A stretch of 63,809 bases of DNA, the filler included, from Klebsormidium nitens (Eukaryota > Plantae > Klebsormidiophyceae): the NCBI GenBank assembly GCA_000708835.1. It is 6 parts of 6 records of this genome, joined end to end, with 100 filler letters (N's around TTAATTAATTAA, not from the genome) between each part and the next. Parts side by side here need not be neighbours in the genome. Positions count along the whole stretch, not along the records: positions 40,066 to 47,548 come from DF238292.1; positions 47,649 to 57,111 come from DF238195.1; positions 57,212 to 62,517 come from DF238433.1; 3 more parts are not named here. One strand, 5' to 3'. The position numbers and the translations under genes are program-made. Every line of letters starts with the position of its first letter. The stretch's first letter is position 1. Below, piece by piece: positions 46,970 through 59,652 of the stretch. The notes under the pieces were generated by a model that did no database searches, had not been told where the DNA came from, and was given only the letters and a program-made list of their open reading frames with translations.

Positions 46970-47420
46970 TCACAACGACCGGCCCACACAGACCTCCTCT
47001 CCATCACCTTTGATATATGTCATCTTCAAACACACCTCCTGATACTGCTTGAGGGAATTGCAATCTAGAGGAGTAAGTTGCTGCGACAAAAAGGTATCCA
47101 GGTCCATCTTGTTATCATTCGCAATCTTCCAGCAAGATTCCCCAGCTTGCACTTTGTGCTTGTTGGTGTCGGCACAGACCCACCGCGCATGACGATATAC
47201 GTGGGGTTGTCTTTAGCCAGCTGGTTGACGTGCCTTAAGTAGCCGCAAGTTGACGGGCACCTTTTCACGCACAGTGCCTAACCTGTTGGCACCCGGTGCT
47301 CCGTATGTCATTAGTTCACCAAAGTTTGTGGCATTTTGTTTGTCGATGTCTATGCAGCCCAGCGGAGATGGTCCACGAATTGATTCATCAACGTCACCCA
47401 TCCTGTTGATCGGAGATCCC
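46970..47420 (-). pseudogene. LysM-domain gene fragment with in-frame stop
   Basis: ORFs 47213-47506 and 46970-47152 share a frame, separated by TAA at 47213-47215. The C-terminal part VCADTNKHKVQAGESCWKIANDNKMDLDTFLSQQLTPLDCNSLKQYQEVCL fits the LysM pattern (V..G.SC..IA....L..F.......C..L...Q.VC). Confidence 0.6.
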
Positions 47421-47548
47421 TCCTTCCGGCCGATGTACCGGCTGTCTCCGCTCGAGTTCGCGGAAGCACAGAAGCAGGTGACCAAGGTCCTTAACGACGG
47501 TATCATCCAGCCCAGTAAGTCGCCTTATGGGAGCTCCGATTCTGTTTG
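47421..47548 (+). mobile_element. Ty3/Gypsy pol fragment (start of RT), cut by gap
   Basis: PSFRPMYRLSPLEFAEAQKQVTKVLNDGIIQPSKSPYG is the typical Gypsy pre-RT motif. Confidence 0.7.
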
Positions 47549-47837
47549 NNNNNNNNNNNNNNNNNNNNNNNNNNNNNNNNNNNNNNNNNNNNTTAATTAA
47601 TTAANNNNNNNNNNNNNNNNNNNNNNNNNNNNNNNNNNNNNNNNNNNNGATGAGCGTGGTGTCCTCAGATTGTTCATCCTTTAAAGTCTCCATATTTAGA
47701 AAAGTCAAGTGCTGCTGTCGATCACCAAGATCCTCCGAGTCCCAGTCGTGACGAGACGAGAGAAGAGAGAGAGAGGAGAGAAAGCGAGTCTTGGCAGCAG
47801 ATTGAACTTGTGGCCGCTTCGTGACGCAATTTTCACC

Positions 47838-50800
47838 ATGGCTTCTTCCGTCACCGCATCCGCTCTCTCCTGCGTCAGCTCGTTCGCTGTCAGGTCCACC
47901 TCTGAGCGCAAGGCCTCTGCCTCAGCCCCTAGCATTGCTATCCCTCTCTCTGGCGCCCGTGCCACTCTCCCTTCTTTCTCAGGGTTGAAGAGATCCGCAG
48001 CATTGAAGCAGAAGAATGTGCCTGCATGCAAGAGAGTGACCAAGGTCGCTGCTGCCAAGGGAAACGGATCTGCATTGGCCACGGTGAGGCTCAATTTATA
48101 GACTGCAATGTGTTCCAGGTCCAACTGAAAGTGGAAGAGTCCTTCCCCCTTACAAGATAACAATGCTGGGGGTTCTTTGCATTTTGAGCTAATCGATTGA
48201 TGCTCTGGCCAAAGAACACTACCAAAGTCCTCTTCCCAAGGCATCATTGAGGTGATTTTGGCAAATGTGTGCAGATTCGTACTAATCCTGCAAACATTGT
48301 TCCTTTTAAAAGTTGCTGCGGCAGATCTTTGGAGCGATCTGTGCAGCCACATTGCTGGACTTTTCATTTCGATGGCCTGAATGCTATCTTCGGCTGAATG
48401 AATGATGATTGGCCTGACGAAGTACGTCATTTACTTCCTCATTCTGATATATGAAAAAAAGGTTTCCACGGGTAGATGATCAGAATCTTTCTCCTTCATT
48501 CTGGCACACCATTACCAGTTTGTGGCTTTTGCTGCATTCTTTAAAGGGTTCTGGTGTAAATGGCCTCTGACATCTCCCGCATCAGCATGAGCGAGTACAT
48601 CTGCTGATGTTGCTTGTTTTCTGCTGTTTGTCGTCTCTAGCTAAGAAGCATATACCTATCCATTCTAAGTTGTTCGGCTTGTCTTCAATGCTCAACCACC
48701 TGTCCATCAATGCGAATTGCTTGAAGGAAGTCAACGCTACATCAGAGTACATTGTGTTTTGAGATGGCAGAGAGCAGCGCAACTTGCTCTAGAAACAATC
48801 GGCGCTTGTAAGTGGCTTCCATTCGTCGCAATCACAAGGTGCATCAGTCTTTGATGATGGACAATGCAAGAGTTGCTTGGTTGGTGGATACTTTTATTTC
48901 TTGGCACTGAGACACTCATGGCGGACATACGTGCGACTTTGATCATCACCCCACCTCAATCCTGTGAGAACACAATACACCCAAATTGGAGAAAGCAAGT
49001 CAACTTGCGCGAGGACTTCAGAGCAAAAAATGCGGAACAAACTCTTGATCCTGATGCGTCTGCAGGTCAACGAAGCTGCCTCAGGACTGCCGCTGGTGGG
49101 AAATGTGGCACCTGACTTCGAGGCTGAGGCCGTGTATGACCAGGAGTTCATCAAGGTAAGGCTGGCTAGCTCATAATGCTTTGCCGGTGTTGTTTTCCGC
49201 CTGACATAAATTTTAGGACCACTGTGTGAACTTACGCAGATACAATCTGCTGAACAGTCCTCGTAATAATGATGTTGACGTACTCGGGCGTCAAAAGGTC
49301 ACTTTCATGGTGAGTTCTTTGCTTAGATCCCGCTCCCTTTTTTCTTTCATTAACAAAGTAGATAGGAGTCCAGAATAAGCTGGTTGTTGTTCGTGCCAGT
49401 CTCAACAAAGTTCGGTGGTGACAGCGCATCGTCGCTTCTTCTAGGTCGGAAGCGATGCCAACCTAGAACATTTTGCTGGCGGACCAGCTTCACAAAGTTG
49501 ACTCTCCTTTCGCTACAGACTTTGTTGTCACCTTCATGTTGAATGGAATGAATTAGTAGTCGCATGTACACATGTAACAAGAGCACTTGTCTGCTAGAAT
49601 CGTGCTCAAGCTTCACTCCAGTTCTCATCCTGTCCATGCGTTTCCAGGTGCGGCTGTCTGACTACCAGAAGCAAAAGAAGTACGTTGTCCTCTTCTTCTA
49701 CCCCCTCGACTTCACCTTTGTCTGCCCCACCGAGATCACTGCCTTCAGCGATAGACACAGCGAGTTTGCGGCCGTCAACACTGAGGTCCTGGGCGTCTCC
49801 GTAGACTCTGTGGTAAGGGAGCATAGCTCAACCCTGTTGTCAGGCTTGTTCAGGCTGTGCAAGCGGAGTTCGATAATATTCTCACTGCGAGGCCACAGCT
49901 GAGTCATGAGATATCTATTGTCATACTTCGAAGGCCTTGCCTAGTTGTTGCCAGAGTCGATATGCTTCTCAATCTGCTCAACAAACACTTTCTCCAGCGG
50001 CCCCAGAATCGCTCTTTCCTTACATATGGGGCCTACTACTTGCGACTTGGAAGAACAAAGTTCGGATTGCCTGCTTCTCTTTCTTCATTGAAACTTCCCA
50101 ATGGTAGAACGTAATAGAGGCAGCCAAACCAGATACCATCTTGAAACAATTCTTATGCTTTTACTGGATTACTTGCTGATTGGGAGCAAGTCGAAGCAGT
50201 CAGGCATTCCCCAGGACAGTTGCAAACATGATCTTGTATTTGCGAACATTGACGCCTCCAACTTCTCCCTTCCAAATTTCGTAGCCGGCAACACAGTCCG
50301 ACTGCATCAGCGCATCCTACGACTCAATTCACGTGCATTTAAGAGAATTCCGTCTCATTCTGTCTGACTTCCGGCCTATGCATCTGCTTGCAGTACTCCC
50401 ACCTTGCCTGGATCCAGACGGACCGCAAGGCGGGCGGCCTTGGTGACCTGAACTACCCTCTAGTTGCTGACCTCACCAAGGAGATTGCGAAGGCGTACAA
50501 CGTGCTCATTGGCGATGTGGTGAGGACTGCTTCCGCTTGACAAACAAGCCTTGACAGAAGGTGCAAGATGCAAAGAGGGCCAGGCCTGCTTGACTAATGG
50601 TAAAGCGCTGAAAAGGCGGTCCAGTTGTCACCAGCGGGTGGCGGAATTGTCTGCAAACGTTCGAGTTTCTCAAATACGACTTGGGTGCAGACTAAGTGCT
50701 TTCCCAAAACGCTTTTCGGTCACAGAAACAGTAATAAGCGAGCGACGCAATTGTGCACCGGCTCCTAACTCGGCGGAAACGAATGTACGGAACACTTTCG

Positions 50801-52158
50801 GCCGTGGGGAAGAAGGGCCTAATTCGAGCCCTTGGAAGTAGTAGGGGTCGCAAATCACGCATGAACATGAAGGCTTGTGCCAGAACTTTTGTCATGCTAC
50901 TCGCAATTGCGAAGCTAGCAGACAGAGGGGGACACGTCCAAAACTGCGATGAAACAAGAGATGAACAAGCATTGACTCGCTTCATCGTGGACCCGCTTTC
51001 GGCTCTCAGCCGAGACAGGGTTTAGAATTCGTGGCGAACTTTTAATGAAAACGACAGAGACGAGACACAAACAAAGCCAACCTTGACCGAGTGAAGGAGT
51101 GACGAAGATTCAGATTTAATGTGCAAAGGGTGCTGCTTTACGCTTTCTGTACGTTAGCTGTACCATCATTCCATGACGAAAGAAGGCACGAATCAGTACG
51201 ACACGAAAACAGAGTCTATCCAATCGACCTTTGCTCCAAACAAGACTGAAACGAGACTGGGTCAGTCCGAGTTTGGACAAACAGTGGAGAGGAGAACTGA
51301 TGGAAAACCCTGGTATTTGCAGGGCGCTGCGCTGCGTGGTCTGTTCATCATTGACCCCCAGGGCGTCATCCAGCACGCCACCATCAACAACCTGGCCATC
51401 GGACGGAGCGTTGACGAGACCCTGCGGACACTCCAGGTGAGCGGCTCGGTGTAGATCGTCCGTTTTGGTCCCGGCTGGCGCCCAGTAGGAGTCGGAATCA
51501 AGTCCTTGAGCACCCAGTGGAATCGTCGTGGAGATACCTTTGCGAGCAGGCCCTCCCTTCAGAGAAGCAAGCAACGACCCAAGAGTGCTGTTGTGTTCCG
51601 CCGTGTGGCTACAGCCGTCCGCAAAATCAGCTGGCTCCAGGTCAATCGTGCACCAGAATGTGCGTTATAGCTCACTCACGCTTTTGAACTACAAACCAAA
51701 AGTATAAGAATGAGCCGGGTAGGGTTGTTGGGTTCTGAAATCTCTACCAGCAATCCTGATTTGCCACCGCAGATAGGGTCTGTTTGTTGGAAGGATTGTG
51801 TTGGGGTCGCAATCTAGTTCGTCCGCAGGGTTTGACCTGCCTCTATCAAATCAGTCTTATCGTGAATTCTTTTACCACGATAGAAGCGTTCCGTGACCCA
51901 TAAGCCCGTGGCGACCAACTGACCCGTTTGCTTGTGGTTTGTGACGCCATGCAAGACCGCTTAACTAGGATTTGACCAAGGACTTCTGCGAAGTGACGTG
52001 GTTAGACTCCTTCTTAAACATTCGAGGTACTTATAATGCAGGCGGTGCAATACGTGCAAGACAATCCCGACGAAGTGTGCCCAGCGGGCTGGAAGCCTGG
52101 CGCCGCCACCATGAAGCCCGACCCCAAGGGCAGCAAGGACTACTTTGCCGCCATCTAG
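47838..52158 (+). CDS. BAS1: Plastid 2-Cys peroxiredoxin (BAS1-type), 285 aa
   Basis: Exons are 47838-48083, 49066-49155, 49648-49812, 50394-50519, 51323-51436 and 52042-52158, all phase 0. It has a Ser/Ala-rich transit peptide, [15 protein letters not shown] (peroxidatic Cys), GGLG, EVCPAGW (resolving Cys) and a C-terminal YF motif. Confidence 0.97.
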
Positions 52159-53463
52159 GATGTTCGCCAATAACATGAACCAGCAGTTGGCGGATGTATA
52201 GCAGTCGGACAGAACAGTCAAATTAAAAGCCTCTTGTGCTTACGAATCATCTGGCCTGTGCAAGGCAACCAAAGAGCTCAGCGCAACAATGTATATTGAC
52301 ATGCATCAATGGCGCCAAGCCCAAAATCCAATGTTGAAATCGTAAACCGGCAGCAGTAATGTTTGTTCAATGGTGCTGACCAACTTGGATCCACATGCAT
52401 AGTCTAGCCCTGATTTCAATGAGTCTGCGATGGATTGTTGTTTCTTGCACGCCATATAACCCCGAAAGGTACAGCCAAAACGATGTAATGCAAGACGGGA
52501 TCGAAAACTTACACACATATTGCGATACATTCTGAATCGAACGTTGAACCGATGTGACCGCAGATTGCAAACTTATACGTGCAACATGATATGTCTCCAG
52601 TCAATCTTGCGTACGCACTGCTTGGGCTTACTAAAGATGCTTCATCCTTTCCCCCAAGATTCCCTCTATAACTCTCTTCGGTTTCAAATCTTGACGGTCC
52701 AATCTGGAAACTTTTCTACATCAATTTAGGAGCTGGAAAGATCAACGTTGTCAGTGTGCATGGTTTCCTTCTTTAGTCCTGTTCCTTCTGATTGCCTACT
52801 TCCACGTGCAAATTTTGTCACACCTGAAAAAAGGGAACTCTTGTCGACTTGTATAGTGCTTCTTGAGACACCACAAGCTGAACAAACCTAGTGGACAAAG
52901 GTGCCCCGCTGATCATATTCTGCGATAGTTTTGTAGTTTGACCTTCCTCCTCGACCAGCTTTGTCACCTTATAATTCCATGAGCGTGGTACATCACTCCA
53001 TCAACTTCTAACTCGAGTTGAGGGTGGTTACTCTCGCCTTTTACATCAAAAATTGCGAAAAGAACACACACAGATTGACAAACAATCAGCTGCTTGAAGC
53101 AGCACGGCTATGCCACTGATAGGAAGGCGTGCAAAGGCGTGCAGTGTGACCTCAATTGCATCCATAAGACGTTCAGCCAACTCAAGCTTCGAGATTGGAG
53201 GAGTACCGTGTCTACACTGTGTGATGTATAACTTGCAGACACTTTCTCTTGTTGTCCAATTTCTCTTGTTGTCCAAAGAAAACCCCCAAAATTTACTGCA
53301 CAGGCGGCAAAACATCCTCAGCAAGATTCATTGCCCTGACACCACGTTCAAGTTTCCGAGGGGCATTTGTGTGATAACTCTTTGGGTGTGCAACTGAGAG
53401 GGGGGCCTCTCTGGCCTACATACAAGATGCGAAATGATAAGGCTTGGAATCTCCACCAAAATA

Positions 53464-53717
53464 CCGTAGAGACATTCCTAATTTGCACTAGATTAATTAT
53501 TTCTAGGCCTTGCGAAAAATACAAAACTAAGTATCGACTCAGGTGCGAAAACGCGAAAAGAAAATAAATCCTCTGGCAGCCCAAAAAGTGGCAAAACCAG
53601 GGCAAAAAAGCCAAAAACGAAAACTTTAATAAAATCGACGATGCTGCTGCGAAATGACAAAACGTTCAAAAATAAACATTCGCACCAAGGTGGTGCGAAT
53701 TAGGAATGTCTCTACGG
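53464..53717. mobile_element. MITE (Tc1/mariner-pogo-like)
   Basis: 25-bp TIRs CCGTAGAGACATTCCTAATT(T/C)GCAC with 1 mismatch, TA on both flanks (53462-53463, 53718-53719) and an A-rich interior. Confidence 0.85.
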
Positions 53718-54340
53718 TAATAGAAACCAGCCCTGAATTGTACACAACTCTCTAGACAACACAGAGAAGACACGGGACGCGTCAATGGAAGGGTTTTCGC
53801 TTCTTTTTTTACGCGCTTGCCTGCCAGGTGACCCCGACCAGACGATCGTAGGAAATCCGCGCCGTTGATCGATCTGCGACACTCCGGAACGGCCAAGCGG
53901 ATCCCAACCAGATTCGAGCAATCCGTAGCCTCAACTAGGTCGTTTCATAGTCGTGGAAGAGCCAGCTTATCAGTACTGAAAGCAAAAGAAGTGACTCCTG
54001 TTGCATGTGAACAAAAAGGAGCTGAGGCGTACGCAAAATTGTCAAGCAAAGGTTGTAGGGTCGCCCACCTGACTTGAGTGGCTCTGGCGGCAGGAGCTCT
54101 ACTTGGAAGTTGCCAAGCAATAACCACATTTTCAGGTTGACAGTGGTTCCATGCTACCAGCAGGCCCGACTGCAGATCATCAGGCGTGACCAAACCTGGG
54201 TAAGGAAAAAGAAGAGCACCTCAGACCCTGATCTCGGTGCAACCACGACAGGCCCTCTCTTTGATCCTTTGCATCCTGGCACAACACAAACGCCGTCTTG
54301 CCAAGAGGAGGTTACCTACAAACAAACACGCTATGATGTA

Positions 54341-54935
54341 CCAGCTTCCCAGGTGTGCGCAGACGCCTTACAGAGGCCAGAGCAAAGCGCCAGCCCCATG
54401 CGCTGCGTGCAGAGCCGGTGCGTGGGCTGGTCCACCCTATCCTAGCCTTTGACGACAAGAAAGAAACGACGCAAAGAGGGGGCCTGAACACTCCGCACAC
54501 AGGGAAATAGGATGCCGTCTCATTGCAGAAGCAAAGCACACAGACCCTGTGGTGACCAGCTTTCCCGGGTGTGCGCAGACGCCTTACAGAGGCCAGAGCA
54601 AAGTGCCAGCCCCATGCGCTGCGTGCAGAGCCGGTGCGTGGGCTGGTCCCACCCTATCCTAGCCTTTGATAACAAGAAACAAAGGACGCAAAGAGTGGCC
54701 TGAACACTTAGCACACAGGGGAACAGAATGCCGTCTCATTGCAGAAGCAAAGCACACAGACCCTGTGGTGACCAGCTTCCCGGGTGGGCGCAGACGCCTT
54801 ACAGAGGCCAGAGCAGAGCGCCAGCCCCATGCGCTGCGTGCAGAGCCGGTGCGTGGGCCGGTTCCACCCTATCTCAACGTACGTGGAATGAAAAGCAACA
54901 AAGGCCCGCAAAGAGGGGCCTGAACGCTTCGCACA
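54341..54935. repeat. Tandem repeat, ~215-bp unit, about 3 copies
   Basis: Near-identical units start with CCAGCTT(T)CCC at 54341, 54556 and 54772. Confidence 0.9.
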
Positions 54936-55990
54936 CAAGGCCAGGGTCTGAGGTGCTCACCAGAAACGCAAAGCGCGTTGCCCCAGCCACTACATCGGCC
55001 CGCTGCTCGCTGCAAAAGATTGGCCACATTCAGCACGTGCTTGCAGCAACCGGGATCACCTGGCTGCTATGCAAGACAGGAGCAGATCTAAGAAGATTCC
55101 TCGAGTAAGGGATATGCAAGGACTCCTGAAGGTGCTCGCACTTTCAGCAGTTACAAGGGAGATCAGTCTTGGTCTGCATGATGCAGCCAAGCAGAAGAGA
55201 GAGCAGGAGACAGCGCAGGATGCAGGGGCAAAGTAAGCGAGAAGAGGCACTTGTGACTTAGCTTCATGCCATAGCAGCCAAACCAGGAAGAGTAGGGCTA
55301 TGAAAAGCAGAACAGGCAGGAGCTGCGAGGACCGATATCCTCTCTCGACGCTGTAAAGCGGGGATCGCTCTCGACGCTGTCAAGTGCTCGATAAGTGCTA
55401 CTCAATGTGAGGCTTTCAGTAAGAGATGGCAGATTCATTGGTTGTCGGGAGAGGTAGTGTAAGAGGACATGCCTTGGAAATCTTTTGCACTGTACAGAAA
55501 GTTTCACAAAGGGTTTTGCGGTCACATCATTTTGAATGACTCAGTGGGGGGGTTGCTCTTGCATTCTTGGTTTCTGGGTATTACTGTAGCACTTATTTGG
55601 GCAGTGAAAGAGGGCAGGTTTATCGCATGATCTTGCGGCGCGGTCCTGTCAGAGGAGTGGTTTATCACTATCTCAAACTTGGATCAGAAGCTCTCACAAC
55701 ACTTTGATCATCAGAAGCTCTCACAAAAGATGATACAATACTACTGTCACATTCTGGATTCTGGGGTTCACTCGGGCACTCATCTGGGAACTCATTGGGC
55801 ATACAATTGGGCACGTATCAGGGACATGTCTCAGCAACAAATTTCAGTGATACAGATGAGTCACACAACCAGCGCGGGCACTGCCTCAGCAATCGTACTT
55901 CTGCGCGCAAGACGTTGAACCCACAGATTGCCTTTTGAAATGCCGAGCTCGCTTAAAGTAATGGCACGCACGAAATGCTTATCACACAAA

Positions 55991-56190
55991 AGGTTCGCAC
56001 ATATTTAGAGAAGTTACATGGAGCTCGGTAAGTCCGGCAAGTCTAAATTTGGGCCTGCCGAGCCTGCCGAAGTTACATGGAGCCTCGGTAAGTCCGGTAA
56101 GTGCCAAAATTGGCTTGCCGAGCCTGCCGAGCGTAGCTTCCCCAAGCACAACGAAATCGATGTGCTTAGCTCGGTAAGTTCGGTAAGTCC
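55991..56190. repeat. ~60-bp tandem repeat (2 full copies and 1 partial)
   Basis: GAAGTTACATGGAGC(C)TCGGTAAGTCCGG.AAGT....AAATT.GG..TGCCGAGCCTGCCGA is repeated. Confidence 0.75.
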
Positions 56191-56581
56191 AGATCTGCGG
56201 ACCGTCGGACGAACTTCATAGCCTCCGCATCAGGCGTCCGGACCGAATGCAAACTGTGCCAGCCATCATCCGCCCCTAGTTGCTAGCTCGTCCAGCTCGT
56301 CACCTGCAGCTAAAACTGCCGTCCAGGCTCGGAAATGGATGGTATGAAGTGAACGTTCGGTGAAGATATTTTCTGGAAACGATCAGATGGTAGCTGGCCC
56401 ACTATAGAAGACTCCAGATCTTGCCTCCTGACCAGCTCCAAGTTGCCTGCTGCAGTAGGTGAGCTGGCTTTGAAGCAAGGTTCCATGCTACTAAATCTTC
56501 TGGGGCAAGCTGGTTGCTTCCAGCTGATTGAGGGAACATCACGAAACAGCAGCTGATGCAGCTTGTGCCAGAGCACCCACA

Positions 56582-56957
56582 ATGGCTTCACCTAATGCTG
56601 AACCAACGTCAGAACTTCAGAGACACACGCCTGACCAAGCAGTAGATGCCGAAGGAAGGAAATCTGGAACACTCTCTGATCTCAGATCTGAGCATTCAAA
56701 GAAAAGGAAACGGCATCAAAGCTCCTCCAAGAGAGGCAAGAAGAAGAGCAGGCACAGTGACTTCAGCTACAAATACAAGAAGAGGTCTTCTGACCCGTCC
56801 AGGAAAGGAAGAAGCAAGAGGAGAAGAAGGCAAAAAAGAGAGCGTGATGCTAGCTCCAGCAGCAGTAGCTCTAGAGGGGCAATCAGTGAATCTGACGTCG
56901 GATCTGATGACTACACAACTTCGGAGACAAGTGACAGTTCAGACAGCGAGCGCGAAG
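56582..56957 (+). CDS. Lys/Arg/Ser-rich exon of an unknown, possibly pseudogenised gene; truncated by gap
   Basis: ORF MASPNAEP...KKRKRHQSSSKRGKKKSR...SDSSDSERE ends at a GTCAGT donor (56958). Upstream coding-like pieces (~55030-55235, ~56330-56460) do not join in frame. Confidence 0.35.
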
Positions 56958-57384
56958 GTCAGTTTATCATACTCACATGAGTTTCTTAATTTAAAGGATG
57001 TCTTCACTGAGAGAGAGCTTGTGCAATGTCAAGTGTTCATCATATTGGAGCCTGCAACTTTCGGAATGTTGAGTGTTCATTCTTTGGTGCTGACAGTTTC
57101 ATCTCAATTGTNNNNNNNNNNNNNNNNNNNNNNNNNNNNNNNNNNNNNNNNNNNNTTAATTAATTAANNNNNNNNNNNNNNNNNNNNNNNNNNNNNNNNN
57201 NNNNNNNNNNNAATAGCGGGAATGATAGGTGGGCCTCGGCAGTATTCGCTGTTATTCAAATAGAGTGCTCGCGCTTGCCGAGTCAGTGAACGGTCTGCGC
57301 ATCCGTGGTCCAAGTGTCAAGGCGTTCAACGGATGTGAATAACCGTACAATGAAAATGCAGCTTTTAGAACGCGGCGTGCTTCT

Positions 57385-57560
57385 TGTTGAAATCCATGGT
57401 AGGGAGTCGTAGTGTAGTTGAGTAACTCGTCATCGGGTCTTATCGTAGTGCCCGGCACTTATGCTCCTCACTCACTGATGGCAGCCATGCATCGTAAGAG
57501 GAACACACGAAGCGACTCATAAGCGGCTTGCTTCTCTCCACAAACTTCTCTCAGATTGAT
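57385..57560 (+). mobile_element. LTR-like repeat (family B), 5' part
   Basis: Starts TGTTGAAA and aligns closely over ~175 bp with 62334-62517. The 3' end is not determined. Confidence 0.6.
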
Positions 57561-58496
57561 GTATCACAATAGTGGTTTCCACCACCATATGTCTTACGGG
57601 TGTCTCCCGTTCCATTAGGCTTACTAGCCTAAGTCACACACTACTAGGCTCACTAGCCCAGCTCACAGTCACACACAATCTTAGCCTTCGATATCCTCAT
57701 CTACGGCTTACACTGACAGCCGCTCTCAACCGCCTATACTCCAAACCGCCTAACGTTTTAACCGCCTAACCGTGATTCACGAACGCCGGTGCTCACTAAT
57801 TTAACCCCAATTCGTGTCGAACACTACTCACACAGTAATTCGGCTGACCATTTTAATCGAATCCTAACACTTGTTAACAAGCCGTCCTCGCATTACGGGT
57901 TCGCTCTTCTCAATTGCATACGGATCATGTCGCAAGCTCGGCTCGGAACATCATGTTTTCGAACCCTCGAGCTTCCCAGTCCTAGTTGGTCGCGGGTTTG
58001 GAATTCTCAACGATTTATGGCTGCTTTGGCACACAGCCTGGGACACGGTTTTGAAATCACCAAGCGAGATCCGGCTCTTTCTTGCTTGGTGTTCACGACG
58101 GGACGACCTTGTCCGGTGCGGGTTTGAGAAGGCCCCCGGTTTGGACTTGGCGAATACTGCTCAACATAGCTCAACATGGGCTTTTGGGAGGGGCTGCCGC
58201 ACGCGCTGCCCCCTCACGGCAGGTCCAAGATCCCAACGTTGCGCTACATTTCCAAGAAGGGCTTGGGGCGTGCACGTGGTCCCAGATGTCTCATGGATGC
58301 GGGGTTGGACGTCTTGGGAGTTTGTGGAGCACGTAAGTTACTTTCGTATCGTCCTGTTGCTGGGCCCTTCTTTGGGCCCGGTCACTTATCCGAGAATAGG
58401 CTCGATATAAAAATATCAGGACTAACGCGCCCACGTAAGCATTACGAGCTTTGTCCACTCTCATATTGCTCACACCGGCAATCCAAGCGCACACCC

Positions 58497-59574
58497 TTAA
58501 CAAAGTCGCCTACGTCCCCGTAGACCTTCGCGAGGAAATTCATCTCTAAACTCAGTGACGAAGCCCTCCCGGGCTACCGCGCTGGCTTGCTTGCGTACGC
58601 ACGCGGCGAGGAGGGCCTCTTCGACTAGGACTGGTACGTCTATAGACAATCCATCCTCGTTCCGAGGTGCCTTTGCACTAGTTCCTGCTCGCAGAGCCTC
58701 AACACCCAATTCTTTTATGGTTTCAAACAGTCAAACGTCCATCTCGCGGGGGCCGCTGTCGGCTTGCATTTGGAAGCCGTTTCACACCCCCAGCCCCCCC
58801 CCCAACACCGCTCCTACCCACTCTTTTCGCGCAGGTTCCAAGAGGCCATGAAGAACTTCGAGTGGGAGGCAGCCTTGCGCTAGGAAGGTGCCGCGGATGA
58901 TGCAGCTACGCCGACAAGAGAGCGTGGCCCCGCGCTGAGGTACGGTTTTGAGTCTTAGTGTTTACAACGTTCTACGCAAAAGCCTTGTTCCAGAGTCTAA
59001 TCTTCGTACATCGAAAGTAGTCAACCCTAGCAATGATTAAGATTGGGGCAAGCATAGTCGCAAAGGTGTGATAGCTTCCTCTGAAACGCTCAGGCTGCAT
59101 TTGAGCCTCGTCACTTTCAGGAACATTCTCGAAACAATTGAAGCTGGCAGATATACCCTCCTGCACGGCAGCTTGGTTTGCCCTACATGGCATGCTCGGT
59201 CTTGCCATCCACTGGCACACGAGCCCCATATCCCCTCTCGCCCTCGAGCGCCGCGATTCCAATAGAATTTAGCGATGCAAATATCTCGACAAAGTCACAG
59301 GTTGTTGAAGCTTCCCCCATTTTGGCGTTGAAGCGCTCATGCGCCTTCTTCAAGGAGGTGACGATCTCGTCAACGGGCTTTCAACTAGAAAACGGCTGCT
59401 TCTACTTGATGGCTTCGCCTCTGTGATGTTGACCAGATTGCACCGTCTCTTGTTGAGCTTCACGGGCTCGGCCGAGTCGCAGGCCTTCTTGCAGTCCGCC
59501 TTGAAGGCCATCCTCTGAATGACGTTGGCCTTCGAAATCGTGATTGACCATTTGTGGTTTAGATTCAAAGCCAT
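58497..59574 (-). pseudogene. Degenerate coding tract of unknown family
   Basis: Same-strand ORF pieces (59350-59574, 58972-59262, 58497-58709) are linked by frameshifts and stops. Confidence 0.3.
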
Positions 59575-59652
59575 TTGCAGAAAGATGATTTGATACGGAT
59601 TGTAACATTGGTCATATGGGCCTTGTAAAACGTTTTACTTAGCAAGATAGCT

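Noticed and set aside
13599-52158. Functional cluster of plastid redox and lipid genes (Trx-like, ADS, 2-Cys Prx)
   Set aside because: They are separated by tens of kb of TE debris and gaps. Plastid-targeted genes are common, so co-occurrence is unremarkable.
53678-53700. ATTCGCACC/GGTGCGAAT hairpin as a Helitron 3' end or terminator
   Set aside because: It lies inside the right end of a TA-flanked TIR MITE and no CTRR terminus follows.
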